Assembly (NCBI RefSeq): GCF_000281045.1
Contig: NW_008246145.1
Location: forward strand, 81,760-145,759
Length of the DNA: 64,000 nt
Source of the DNA: Saprolegnia diclina VS20
Taxonomy: Eukaryota
Direction of reading: 5' to 3'
The notes below the pieces were generated by a model, which saw nothing but the letters and a program-made list of their open reading frames with translations, was not told the DNA's origin and made no database searches. Of this stretch, positions 34,501-48,600 are shown in pieces. The position numbers and the translations under genes are program-made. Position 1 is the stretch's first letter, and each line of letters begins with the position of its first letter.

Positions 34501-37063
34501 CAGCACCACCTCTCATTGGAGTTGCATCGTCGAGCGCACACTGCAAGGCAGCGACTGCAGTGGCGCCACGTATAGAGTCCAAACCCGCCAAATCGGCTGT
34601 GAAACGGGCGAGCATTAGGTGGCAGCGGGGTTTCAACGCTGGCGACGTCGCGTGCTGGCGGCGCAGGCGCTGCGGTCCACGGCGTTTGCGACCTGGAAGA
34701 GTCGCTTGAAGATGCTGAGAGCCCATCGAACCCGGGCGTATCGCTGCCTCCAGCGCCTCCATGTACGCCTTTGGTGGCAGCAGTGGCGCGGTTCGTAACC
34801 CTAACCTTTCCTAACCTCATCTCGCATGGGCGCTAGGGGCACACTACCGCCAGAGGTGCGCGTACCTCGCAGCACTGGGAGCTCCGATGCGCTGTGCTCT
34901 CGATGTTGCAAGTGCGAAGCTCCTCGCGCAGACCCTGTGCTTTTCGTCATGGAAGCTACGCGCGATGACGGCCAAGTCTTTTCTACTGGTACTACGAGCA
35001 TACTGCGAGGGTCGACTTGATCTACTCACGTAGTCAACAACGAATACCAGGCTTTGCAAAGAAAGGACCAAGCAAACGCGCGCGACGTGCTTTCTACAGT
35101 GCGCAACGTAAGAGAGGAGAAGTGCTCCATGAGCGTCGATAGGTGGAAGAGCATCGTGACGTCGACCACGCTGCAGCGACAACGTACGAGCGAGGACGCT
35201 ATAACATAGCTAGTAGTTATGAGCGTAGGTGGCTCCTTCAAGGCCCTTGCGCAGGGACTGTCGGCGCAGCTCGAACAATCAACGCTCCGGCACTTCGTGC
35301 ATCGTCTTGTCGCGGTAGCTACTACACCAGCAAAACGACAATAATGTCATGCGTGCACTGTAGCGCTGGCGCGGTTGGGCAGCGACACGAGGTCGCCACC
35401 GACGGCTCTTGCACCGCGTGCGGCGGCAACGACGGACGCGCCGGCTCGAGCGGTGCGTCACCTCGCTTGTACATTGTCCCAACATCCTTGTAGGGTAATG
35501 GCCATCTGGCGACAGCATGTGCGGCGACGTGCACGCTTGGCGACACTGCGACAGTCGCGAGCACGCATGTTGTCGTATGTACTTGATCAGATGCACCACA
35601 GATGATGCAACGTGTCGTAGCGAGTTTGGGTTTCGGCGATGGACAGCGCTGGTGACGTGGCGGCGTCGCCTGCGTCAGCTCCGTGCGCGCTGGCAACGCG
35701 GGTGCCGACGTCAGTGCGTGCGCCGACTCTTTGATGCGTGGCGACGCATTTTTGTGGACCATCGACAGACCTGTCGCCGGGCGGTGGCACAGTGTGCGCA
35801 CAAGGCAGCGTTCGCGGTATCCTACTAACGATAGAGTTGCGTTACTACCGTTGATCCGCTGGCAGATGCGTCGGGCCGCGTGGGGCCAATGGCGGTGCGC
35901 ACAGCTATGCCTCTGTGACCACGAGGCGGTACTACGATCACCACTTGCTCGCACCGACGACCTTATGATTGTCTTGTGTGGTGTAGACACTACGTCGCAC
36001 ACTGGTTCGAGTCTGGACGAAATGGCACCAGTATGTGCTGCGCGCGCGGCAGATGCAAAGGCAGCTGCGCCGGTGCCTACGAGGTGCCGTCGCTGGCGCT
36101 GCGACGGTAGCCGTCACTGTCGATGTAGGCGCGCTACAAGCCGCGTATCGCTGTGCGTGGCAGACGTGGCAGATACACACGGCCGTCTCGCGGCATCTCG
36201 CACGGACCGCAAAGCCAGTGGCCGAGGCGGCTGCGATTGTGACTACGGTGGAGCTATCGACGCCACTTGAATGTGAACGGAGCGACTGCGCGACGCACAC
36301 GGACGTGTACGAGACAGAGAGCGCCGTGGCGCTGAAGGAGCTTCAAGCCGCCCATGCAGCGCTCTTGACGGTCTATGAGCAGCGCCAGCAAGACGCCGGT
36401 GAGTATCTGAGGGAGCGCGCGGTATGGCGCCGCCAACTCGATGACGTCTTAAGCGAGAAGACGCAATTGATCCGAGTCCTCGACGAGTGCAAGGCACGAC
36501 TCGTGACGGCCAAGCATCTCGCCCACGACAACCGCGTTGGCCCTTGCACCAAGTCTTAGCCTCTCAGACCGGGTGATGTAGGCGCTGCGGGCTCTTGTCG
36601 CCGACTCAAGCGCCCAGCGACAGCAGATCGCGCAGCTCACAGGTACCTCACTTGCTTAGCGGCCGAGAACGTCGTAACTGGATAGGACGATGCGCCCTTG
36701 GCGAACGTATGCTCCAGCGACTCGAACTCGAACTCACCAACGAACGGTCCGAGCGCGCTCGCGAACTGGATGCGCACCATGCACACACAACCGAGCTCAC
36801 GTTGCAACTGGCCACGGTATGTAGCGCGCTGCAGCTCGTGTCGATGCGCACGCGTGTAGGTGCGCGAACACTGCACGCACCTTGAAGACATGGAACGGTA
36901 TACCTGTGTTGCAATGTTGTCGTATCTACCTCTGGACCGTAGCTACAACATCAAGCTCCAACACAAGCTCGCGCTGCAGGAAGACCGCTGGCAGCGCGCC
37001 AAGCTCGCGAGCTTTGAAGCGACGTTGCAGCGCATGGACGCGACGACCAAACCCGAGCCCTAA
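31531..37063 (+). CDS. Large multi-exon Sfi1-like (centrin-binding-type Trp repeat) protein with a C-terminal coiled coil; 5' end uncertain
   Basis: Many Arg-rich helical repeats of (A/G)(F/W)xxW type: RAFLCWR, HGFLHWK, RGFITWQ, AHWRRWQ, AGFQRWR, TAFATWK, FGFRRWT, LFDAWRR, AWGQWR and AWQTWQ. Coiled coil at 36330-37040, stop at 37063. Confidence 0.55.
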
Positions 37064-37246
37064 GCTCCCCTACCCTCCTTCGACAAAAATCGGCAAAATT
37101 ACCAAACTATATGCATACTATCTTTGTCCAGTGGTATCAATCGCTCCAAAAAACTGCTCTCGCTACGAATCTGGATCACGGGCTATCCTCTCCGTCGCCA
37201 TGTCGACTCAGACATATCACATTGCGTTTGCAGGTTATAGAAAGGA

Positions 37247-39098
37247 CTAGACGATCGTAAACTCGGCGTATTCGAGCTGTGCGAGCGCGCAGAGACCCTC
37301 TCGCATCAAGTCTTTGGTCGGGTACAGCGGCAGGTCGATGCGGTTGAAGCACGCGTGGGCCCGCGGGTAGACACCGCGCGTGTAGCGAATCGCTTCAACA
37401 GTGAACGGGCAGAGTCGACCGTCAAAGCTCGTGAGACCTGGAAACCCCTGGATCGGCACGCGGGACGAGCCGGTCGTAAACTGCAGCAAGTGCCGTCGCT
37501 GCGTCGGCGTCATCTCGCGCACGAGGGCCCAGAACCACTGCGCAGTCTCCGTCGCCGCGTGCGCCAGAGCCATCTTGGTGCAGCGCTCCCACTCGCTCAC
37601 GTCAATGTCGGCCGCAGTCCCGAACAGTAAGAGGCCGAGCTCTTGGTAGTCAAACGACAAAAGCACGTCGGGTGGCATGACCTACCCTCGAACAACTCGT
37701 CAGACAACCAAAGTAACGACAGGAAGGACAACCTCGTTGAACCCGCGCAGGAGCGACGCAAGCGGCTGCGCGATCCGGTCAAACAAGAGGTATTGGACCA
37801 TACAGTCCACATACGCCGATCGATTCGCAAGTGTCACGGGCATGTCGTGGCCGTTCTGGACCAAAGCCACGAGGTCCTTATCAGTGCCCGTCGAGACAGT
37901 AAAGTCCAAGCAGAGGTCGTCGACCGAGGACGCGGTCGCAACGTAGTGCAAACTGGAGGCGGTGACAGGATCGAGAAAGGCAATGTCGGCGACCGAGAGC
38001 GGCGCGCCGACCAGTGCTTTTAACAGCGGCACACAGAGCGGCTGCGGCAGCACTTGGCCTTCCAGGAGTGCCCGCGCAAGCAGCCGGCCCACAGCGCGAA
38101 AGGCAGACAAGTTGGCCGCGTCGAGGCTCGTCGTCGGGTCAATCATGTATGCCCCGTCGTCTTTGTGGTTGATGCAAAAGAGACCGCGCGACGGCGCCAA
38201 GATGGCCGCGAGTACGAGGCTGTACCACTCGCGCTGGAGGCCACCGGCGTCGACGCCACTCTCGCCAAGCATTGTGATGCTGGTCGTCGAGCAGAGAGAG
38301 GCATGTGGGATCTGCAAGAGCATATCTATCGACTCGAACGCGAGGTCTCGGTACACGTTGAGCTTTGTCGCGGGTCGCGACGTGTGGCTGAGCACAGTGC
38401 ATAACGCAGCGACCTTGGTGGTAAAGGATGCGTCCTGAAGCGCGAGGAGGTGGCGCCACTGCCACAACGCAAGCGTCTCGCCAAACGCGGGGGCGACGTC
38501 GGGCGACAGAGACGCCAGCGGCGTCCACGCCACCGTGGCAGCTAATGCGTCGTAGGTAATCACGTACTGGCCATGCATGGACTCGGACGAGGACCACTGC
38601 AGCACACCGGCCGGCGACAGAGTGCGCGCCCACTGTTTGCGGCGCCTACCATCGAGTCGTCAGAGGTATGGATCGCGACCAGCGTACATGGCACTCTGCT
38701 GCCGGAGACTCAAGGCAGCGGTCGGTACAGTGTCTTTGGTGGCGTCGCAGAGGACGCAGTGCATTGTGCGAAGCTGGTTTTCGAAGGCGCAGATCGGACA
38801 CGCCCAGCGCACGGCGTTGCTACAGCCAGGATAAGGAAAGGGATGCTGGCATGCAGGACCCACGGATCATCGAGGTTCTGGCGCTCGAGGCCGTCTGCAA
38901 AGTTACCTAAAAAGCTATGGGCGAAGTGAGAGAAGCGATGATACTGGGGACATCGAGGTACTCTTGTTCGAGAAGCGCGGCTTGAGTCGGGAGGCAGCAG
39001 CAGTGGCGCAAGATGCACCACGCCACGTACAGGCACGCCAGCCCCAGCGCCACTTGCAGCACGAGTGCGATCGGCATCTTGCCGTCGTCGTAGCTCAT
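37247..39098 (-). CDS. Membrane-anchored HECT E3 ubiquitin ligase (N-terminal TM, RanBP2/NZF zinc finger, NEDD4-like HECT), 5 exons
   Basis: TM IALVLQVALGLACLYVAWCIL followed by CCC; WACPICAFENQLRTMHCVLC; GESGVDAGGLQREWY; LLQFTTGSSRVP; catalytic PRAHACFNRIDLP. Confidence 0.9.
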
Positions 39099-39654
39099 GG
39101 TCGCTGCTTGGAAATGCAATTGTGATTTACCAAAGGCTCGGGACAGGTCCGTTGGACACTGGTATCTCGTCTCTGCACGGGAATGCGCCACGTCGGGTTA
39201 TCCGGATGGGTCAAATAATGGCTGGTTTTCGGAAAGGACATCGGATTTGTATGTAAGTCTTGCCAAGTGATAGGCCGAGTATACAAACCACCAGCTTAAA
39301 ATCAGCCATAAACTGACCCGGTACGCCCGGCTCGGCGAGGGGCGTGGCACATGCCGAATATAAATACATCCGATTCGGCAGATATGGCATGTGCCGACGA
39401 CCACAGCTTCAACGTGCGACTCGGCGAACCCGCCGGGTTGTGAGCCGTAGCATCTCGCGTGCGGTCTACGGACGAGAGAGGTCTCTCTTTTGCACCGTAT
39501 ATCGCAGGAGAGAATAGCAGTACTTTTCAGGTCGCAGCCGCCGAGGTATCGGGCGCAGATTGTTGGGTGCTCGATTTAAATCTGGCATGTGCCACATGCC
39601 ATATGCCACTTTGAACCGGACGGAGTTGCCACAAGCAAGAAGAAGTCCGTGAGC

Positions 39655-42600
39655 ATGCTCAAGCACAAGCTCAAGGATCGGGACGTCGACGCCGTGGCCG
39701 CGATCTTGACGCGGCTCCAGGCCAAGGAGGCGACCGTGCGCGAGACAGCGGCCCTTGACCTGCGCGCGGCCGTGGCCACGCTCTCTCGCGAGCTCACGTC
39801 CGAGACGTTTGCGCGGTTCCTCTCCGAGCTAACGCCCCGTCTCCAGAGCCTCCTCCAGAGCCCTGCGCTTGGCGACCAGCTCGGTGGTATTGCGGCCGTC
39901 GAAGCGCTCATTCCCGTCGCGACCGAGGCGCAGATCATCCGGTTCGCCAACTACCTCCGGTCGTTCTTTGTCACGTGCGAGTCCAAGGACGGGCTCCGCG
40001 CCGCAAGCCTCGCACTCGGGAAGCTGGCGTCGACGACCGAGATGGGCATCAGCGGCACGCTCGTCGCGGCCTTTGTCGATTTCGAGGTCAAGCGCGCGTT
40101 CGAGTGGCTCACGAACCCGTGCTTTAACAGCAGCCAGAGCCACCGCCGGCTCGCAGCCTGCTTTGTCCTCAAGGCGCTCGCGGTCGCGGTGCCCACGCTC
40201 TTCCACGTCAACCTCTCGACCTTCTTTGTCGCGATCTGGCCCGCGATCCGCGATGCCCGTGTCGACGTCCGCGACGCGGCCACGGTGCGCTTGCATCCTT
40301 TGCGATCGATGGCTCATAGAAGCATGTAGGATGCGCTCGCTGCGTGCCTCCAGCTCATCTCGATGCGTCAGACGCGTCATCGCGTCCAGTGGTACTGCAA
40401 AATCTACGACCAAGTCCAGGAAGGCCTCAACGTCGCGTCGCGCACCGGTCCATTTCGCTCTTCCGAATCCGAATCTGAATCTGAACGTAGGTACGTCGGT
40501 GCAGATTCTGCCGACCAAGACGCCCGCATGGGATGCGATTCACGGATCGCTGCTCGTGGTCATGCAGCTGCTTCAAAACACGGGCAGCTTCATGGTGCCC
40601 CGGTTCCGCGAGGTGCGTTTTCATTGTTTGCCTCTGCACGATGGACAATATTGTCATGTAGGTGTGCGACATTGTCTTGTGCTACAAAGACTCGCGCGAC
40701 AAACTCGTCGCGCGGTCTGTGTGCCTCCTCTTGCCGCAGCTCGCCGCGTACTGCCCCGGTATCAACCCTACCCCTCTGGTGTGTGTATCAACGTATCGAG
40801 TAGATGCGTTCGTGCGGCACTATCTAAGCACGTGCGTGACGCACCTCATGAAGCGCATGACCACGTACGTCTCGGCGGCCGAGCGCGGCGTCGCCTTCCT
40901 CGCTCTTGGCCATCTCGCGCTGTCGGTCGGCGGTACGACCCCGCTGCCTTGTTCATATTTTCTCGATTTTTTTCACATTTATTCATATTATTCATGTTCC
41001 GAGTGTAGACCACTTGGTGCCGCAGCTTCCGAGCATTGTCGAGCTCCTCCAGGACGGCATGAAGCGCAACCGGTACTTCTGCATCGAGACGCTCATGTGC
41101 GTGGCCCACTTTACGCGGGCGTGCGGCACTGCGTTCGAGCCGTACCTGCCGTCGCTCGTCGAGCAAATGATGGACGGCGGGCTCAACGACCCGCTCGTCG
41201 AAGCGCTCGCCGATATCACCAAGACAGTGCCCCTCCTCTTGACCGGCGTCCAAGAGCGGCTCCTCAACGAAATCTCGCTCGTGTTGCGCGGTATCGCTGC
41301 CGTATCTCGAAGCACGTTGGACGAGGTCTCTGTAGGGGTGGCCTTTGCGCCGTCGCTCGACGAGAAGCCTCTCAAAGCGCGCAAATCCGGACGACGTGAC
41401 GAGGTCGCGTCATCGTATCCGGCGTCGTCCGCCGCTCTCTCGCTCTCGCTCAAGACGCTGAGCTGGTTCAACTTTGAAGGCCCATTTTCGATTCTGCCGT
41501 TCGTGCGCGACAGCGTCTGCTTGTACCTGACGCACCACGACATGACGGTCCGGAAGCAAGGTACGGACAACATGACAGCGAGAAGAAACACGAGCCAATG
41601 CCATGTAGCTGTCGTGGCGTGTGCCAAGCTGCTCTTGCCGACGGCTGTGCCCAAACGCGGCCCGAGTGGCCGCGTGATTGATGAGATCTTGCAGCAGCTG
41701 CTCCAAGTACGCACACAGCGTCGTCCAACGTGCTTGATGCCTGTAGGTGGGCATCTCGGACGTCGACTCGAACGTCCGGAAGAGCGTAGTCGAGTCGCTC
41801 GACGCGCGCTTTGACGAGTGGCTGAGCCAAGAAACGCACTTGACGCTGCTCTTCTTCCTTCTCAACGACGGTACGTCGAGAATCTGGTTGCTACGACGTA
41901 CAACGTATGGAGACTAGAGACCCCAAGCATCCGAGAAGGCACCATGTGTCTGCTGGAGCGCGTTGCGCCGCTCAACCCAGCGTTCATCCTGCCGTTGCTG
42001 CGCCGCGTGTTGGTCCAAGTACGGCTACCCTTTGATGTCGAGAACGATATCAGCGCGATCGTGTAGCTGCTCACGGAGCTCGAGCATGCGGTGGATCTGC
42101 GTATGTTGGAAGACAGCACGCGCCTCCTCGGGCGCCTCATCCGCGGCTCGCAGCATCTCATCGAGCCGTACCTTGGCCGTGTCCTCCAGGTTGGGCGTAT
42201 GCGGTTTGTATCAATGTATCAACGTCTGGATGTAGGTGCTTTTGCCCAAGATCCAGCATGGCAATGCGATGCAGCAGAACCTGGCGAGCGCGGTCTTGAC
42301 CACGATTGGCGAGCTCGCACTCGCCGTGCACGTATGCCCTGCTTCACTGTCGTCCCACGACGTATCTCGCTATCTGTAGGAGCCCATGGCGGCGTACGAG
42401 CCGGCTCTCTTGCCGCTCATTCTCGACGCGCTTCAAGACCACGGGTCGATCCAGAAGCGCCAAGTCGCCCTCGTGACACTCGGCCAGCTGGTAACAATAC
42501 GCTACGTATCGTGTTGATGGCACTGTGTGCGTAGACGGGCAGCACGGGCTCGGTCGTGCAGCCGTACATTAGCTACCCCAAGATCCTCGAGGTGCTCTTG

Positions 42601-45600
42601 GACTTGCTGCAGCACACGGCAGCGACGCCGTGGCAACTGCGCCGCGAAGCCATGAAGACGATTGGCATTCTGGGTCTCTTTCCATATGCTTGTGACGCGT
42701 TGTCTGATGGCCAAGGTGATAGGCGCGCTGGATCCGTACAAGTACAAGCTGTGCATCTCGAGTGCGTCGCTGCACGAAGGCAATGTGGAAGAAGGCGGCG
42801 TCGGCCTCGGGTCGCTCTCGATGACGCGCAAGTTCAAGCCCACGTACACGACGACCGACGATGTCGCGTATCCATCGTATCGGCTGCCATAGGGACATGG
42901 GCCCGAGCATGGACGAGAAGCAGCAGATCGAGCTCCAGCTGTTCACTGCGGCGCCCGTGGGCACGCGCCGTCCGGAGAAGGCCAAGTACGTGCGCCAACT
43001 CGCGACAGTGTATGCACTCGCGCATAGAAAGGTGCTGGGCAAGCGCAGCCTCGTGGCCAAGACGCTCGAAGCCGCGACTGTGCTCCGTACGTCGTTGCGC
43101 TTGTTTTGCTCTGACATGCATGGTCGTAGCGCTCGATGGATACTTGGACCAAGAGCTCCTCGATACGCTCGACGTCGACTTGGAGCTGGAGCTCGATCCG
43201 CGCGCCGTTGCCGTGTCGTCGGAAGCGTACTTTCCGACGGTCGCGATCCACGCTCTGCTCAACATTCTCAAGGAGCCGTCGCTCAGCATGCACCACTATG
43301 GTATGTCGCTGATTCCTTTGGATTATCTGGATGATCTGGATGATCTGGATGTTGACGTGGTGTGGATACTAGGCGTGATCCAGGCCATCATGTTCATCTT
43401 CAAGTCGCTGAGCCTCCAGTGCGTGCCGTTCTTGCCGTACATTGTGCCACCGTTTCTGCATGTGCTCGCCCGCGGTATCGACGCCACGCCGACCGACGAG
43501 GTGCCATGGGGCTTGGTGCGATAGGCGAACCCCGGCTGCGCGACTCGCTGTTTCTGCAGCTCACGGTGCTCACCTCGATCGTGCAAGCGCACCTCGGGTC
43601 GTTCTTCCCGGCCATCATTGTGCTCGCGCTCCGCCATTGGCGCGCCCACCTGCCGCAGATCGTCCGCCTCGTCGAGGTACATGGCACGGTATGTTTCGCG
43701 GTTGACCTTCAAATTTGCAGAAAATCGCGGTCGCGGTGCCCAGTGATTTTCGCACCGTGTATTTTCCTCAGCTGTTGCCCAAGATCCTCGAAGTGCTCCA
43801 GCCCCACCCGCACTCGGACCTGCTCTTCTTTAGCGGTAGCTTGCTCTATCTCGTCGATGCATGCGCGTCATGGAGGCATATATAGAAGCGGCCGATGGCG
43901 GTGGCACGGCGGCCACCGGCGCGCCGTCGTCGACGTCCGATGGCACCAGCACGGGCGTGACGTCGGTGCCGAGTACGCTGCCGTCGGGCTCGGACGTCGA
44001 CAGCCTCACGCTCGACAAGAAGGACGGCACCAAACACCTCTCGTGCGCGCACTTCGGTTGTGAGATGGTTGTTGAGATTCACATTCCCATTAGAGTGCTC
44101 GCGTCGATTCAGATGCAAATGGTCCACTTGCTCGTTGTGTGCGGCGCGTCGGTCGACGAAGCCGTGTACCTGCTCTTGCCGGCGCTCACGCGGCTCTTAG
44201 AACACAGCGACACGGCGCTCGAGGTCGATCGCGTCTTCTGATATCGTATCATGACTCGGGGCGTAGGTCAAGACGAGCATTGTGACGCTGCTCGCGCAGC
44301 TCACGCAGCTCGGGGACTATGAGCACTATGCGGGTCCGCGCCTCTTGCTGCCGTTGCAGCGCGCGGTGCGGGCGACACTGCAGTCCCCGTCGGCCGTCTT
44401 TCGACCCGATGTAGTGTCTTTCTCTCTCCGTGGTTTTCATGCAAGACTGGGCGTAGATACGTAAATTTGGCGACGCGGTGCTCTACTGCCTCTGCGCGGT
44501 CGCCTTCCAGCTCCAGGACGGCCTTGTGCAGTACACGCCGCTCGTCAAGGCGATCGGCCGCGTCCTCGAGACGCAGCTTGAGCTCAACATCGCGCACCTC
44601 GAGTCGCTCGTCGCCAAGCTCGTCGCCAACGACCGGATCGTGCGCGACGACCTCGCGCACGCGTCGCTTTTGACGCCCGAGCTGCAAGCGTGGCTGGACG
44701 TGAGCCGCGACAGCCGCGCGCCCGTCGTCGTGCCGGCCGCCACGTCGTCGTCGTCGGTGCCGCGTCTGCATGTCAACCAGCAAAACCTCCGGCGGGCTTG
44801 GGAGGCGTCGCAGCGGTCGACCAAAGATGGTACGACGATCCTCTCTCAGTGGTGTGTATCGACGGGTTGTGTCAGATTGGCTCGAGTGGATGCGCCGGTT
44901 CTCGATCGAACTGCTGCGCGAGTCGCCGTCGGCGGCCTTGCGGTACAGATCGTAGTCGTACGAGGACGTCGAGAGAGAGCGTGGACCGTAGGTCGTGCTG
45001 CTCGCTTGCCCAAGCGTACAACCCGCTCGCCCGCGCGCTGTTCAACTCTGCGTTTGTCTCGTGCTGGAACGACCTGCACGAGCAGTACCAAGACTACCTC
45101 GTGCGCGCCCTCGAGACGGCCTTTCAGAGTGACACGATCTCGGCCGAGATTCTCCAAACGCTGCTCAACCTCGCCGAGTTTATGGAGCACGACGTCGAGG
45201 CGCTGCCGATCGGTCGGACCCTACCCCTTGCTTGCGGTTTGTCGATACGATGTTGGAGTAGATATTCGCGAACTTGGCGAGCTCGCGCAAAAGTGCCATG
45301 CGTACGCCAAGGTACACACTATTGTCTATTGAATATGTACCAAGACGAGCGCGTAGGCCCTGCACTACAAGGAACTCGAGTTTCACACGTCGCCAAGCAC
45401 GTGCATTGAAGCGCTCATCTCGATCAACAACCAAGTCGGCCAGCCCGAGGCCGCAGTGGGCATCCTCAAGTATGCGCAGCTGCACCACCGCAGCGTCATC
45501 CAAGTCAAAGAGTCGTGGTACGAGAAGCTCCAGAACTGGCAAGGCGCACTCGATCTGTACGATGCCAAGCTCGCCGAGCCGACGACCTCGGTAGGAGTTT

Positions 45601-48600
45601 TGCGTTGGGTTTGATTGGAGTGTTGACATAGGACCTGGTAGGGGGCACTCGACCTTGAAGCGGCAACGGGCAAGATGCGGTGCCTCGAAGCCTTGGGCGA
45701 GTGGGAGGAACTCGCGGCCTTGGCCAAGCATGTCTGGGCGTCGCTTCGCCCGTCGACCGACGCGCCGACGTCATTGGTACACTCGACCAATCGTACAACC
45801 GGACTCACGTCTACGAACTGTGTAGGTGTCGTCACGCCCCAAGCCCAAGCGAGCGCCGGCGAGCTCGACAGGTACTTGGCTTGTGATGGCGGCGCTGACA
45901 AACCCGTGTGTAGCACCTCTGGAAGATGGCAGCAGCAGCTCGGACGAGTCGCATATGACGACCGTCGCCATGCTCGGGTTGACACTTGATAGATTGAAAC
46001 ACGAGTTGTAACGAGGTGGTAGGGCGCGCGCTTGCTGGTGGCTCTCGGAGTGGGACACGATGGAGCAGTACGTGCAAGGTGTGCAGACCAACCCGACGTT
46101 GCTCGCGCCGACCTTGCCGGGGTACGTGGCGCCTTGCGGACACGAGTATCAATCTATCGACTACTGTAGGACGGACCCTGAACTGGGCGCGGTCGCGTCG
46201 CTCTACAAGTCGGTGCTGGCCGTGCACCACAACCAGTTTGAGGACGCACAGAGCTGGATCGATGCGACTCGCAAGTCGCTCGATACGACGCTCGGCGCGC
46301 TCGTTGGGTCTGCTGCCTCGTGCTCTATCCAGCTTGTTGATGCTTGCATGCTGTAGCGAGTCGTACATTCGAGCGTACCGGACCGTGGTGACGCTGCAGC
46401 AACTCTCGGAGCTGGAAGAGATCATCGCGTACAAAAAGCTGCGGCTTCAAGTCGGCAAGGCGGACGAGGCCGCCAAGTACAAGCGGCGCATGGTGAAAAT
46501 GTGGCAAACGCGCCTCACCGGTATCGCAGTCGATCGATGCGTTGACTCGACAATCTGTGCTACGTAGGGTGCAAGCGGGTCGTCGACGTGTGGCAGCAAC
46601 TCTTGGCCGTGCGGTCGCTGGTGCTGGCGCCCCACGAAGACATTGAGACGTGGCTTCAGTTTGCGAGTCTCTGCCGGCAGTCGGGCAACCTCGCGCTCTC
46701 GCTCAAAGTGTTCACGCACGCGCTGGCCGTGCACACACCGGGCCTTGAACTCGCGTCGAATGCGTCGTCGTTCCGCAACGTAGGACGAATGTCGTGACTT
46801 GATAGATTGATATATATGGCCTAGATGGGCTTTTCGAATCTCGGGTACTCGGAGAAGGACCACCACCGCGTCGCCTTTGCCTACCTCAAGCATCTTTGGG
46901 CCGTCGGCGACAAGCAAAAGGCGCTCAGTGAGCTCGGGACGCTCGTGCAGACGCTCTCGCGTCGATCGCCCCTCACAGGTAGTCCCGTCTTTCCTCTCTG
47001 GATTTGGTTGATACCTTGATATTCTATTGACGCTACGACTAGTCGGGGCGGTCGCGACCAACCAAGACGAGGAGATTGTCAAGTGCCACCTCAAGTGGGC
47101 CGAGTGGCAGCTGGCGATCCACGAGCAGCAACTGGACCGCGTGCCGATCGCGGCCGTGCTCGGCGCGCTCAAGACGAGCACGGAGCTCGAGCCCTCAAGC
47201 TACAAAGGTACGCCCTCTGGCTACCAAGTGGATGCGAACGTTGGATGCGTAGCGTGGCATGCGTGGGCGCTCATGAACTTTCACGTGGCCGAGTACCACT
47301 CGCAGCTCCCGCCGGGCTCCAACCAAGTGGGCGGCAAGAAGGAGGACCTCGGACCGTACATTGCGTCGGCGATCGAAGGGTTCTTCCGGTCGATCGCGCT
47401 CGGCCGGTCGCGCTGGGCGGCCAACGTCCAGCAAGACATTCTGCGTGTGCTGACGCTTTGGTTTGCGTACGGCCACCGCTCGGACGTGCACGGCGCGCTT
47501 GTCTCTGGCTTCCAGAGCGTGAGCATTGAGACGTGGTTAATTGTGATCCCGCAGCTCATTGCGCGGTGGGTCTATCCAAACGCAATGTATCCAAGTATCC
47601 AATGTATCCGATGCGTAGGATCCATTCGCCACACCCGCGTATCCAGAGCCAGCTGCATCGGCTCTTGTCGGCGATTGGGACCCAGCACCCGCACGCGCTC
47701 ATTTACCCGCTCAGCGTCGCGCTCAAGTCGCCGCTCGAGGTATCGTATCCTACTCTCGGTTTGGATAGGATACGACAAGTGGATACACGGTAGGTCCGGC
47801 AACGCGCGGCCGAAGCCATTATGAACTCGATGCGCAAAAACTACGTCGACTTGGTCAACGAAGCGCTCCTCGTATCGCGCGAGCTCATCCGCGTCGCGAT
47901 TCTGTGGCACGAGCTCTGGCACGAGGGCTTGGAAGAAGCGTCGCGCTTGTACTTTGGCGAGCACGATGTCGAAGGTATTCCATCTCGGTTTATAGTCGTT
48001 TGGACTAATATAAGTCGTAGGGATGATGGCGGTGCTCGAGCCGTTGCATGCGATGATGGAGAAGGGCCCCGAGACGCTGCGCGAAGTGAGCTTTCACCAA
48101 GCCTTTGGGCGCGACCTCAAGGAAGCGTACGACTGGATCCAGCGCTATTTGAGTCCCCACGGCGCCAAGAACGGTGGGTTTGTTTCAACTTGATACTTTC
48201 GACTCATTGGGAGGATGGGTAGAGTCGGATCTGAACCAGGCGTGGGACCGCTACTACCACGTCTTTCGTCGCATCAACAAGCAGCTGCCGCAGCTCACGA
48301 CGCTCGAACTGCAGTACGTGAGCCCGAATTTGCTCCACGCGCACGAGCTCCAGCTGGCCGTGCCCGGTACCCTGGATAAGCGTTTTCGTATCAAGTTGAT
48401 ATTTGGATTGTAGGCACGTACCGCGCGGGCCATGCGATCGTCAAGATTCGGTCGTTTGTACCGACGATGCTCGTGCTCACGTCCAAGCAGCGTCCGCGGT
48501 ACGGTCGTTGTGCTTGAAAGATTGAAAGATGACGGTGACGCAGGCGCATCACGATCGTGGGGACGAATGGCCTCGAGTACATGTTTTTGCTCAAGGGCCA

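Noticed and set aside
34797..34817. TAACCCTAACC telomere-like words (also CCCTA words near 55765)
   Set aside because: Fewer than two full units; the first lies in a probable intron and fits CTAAC branch-point sequences.
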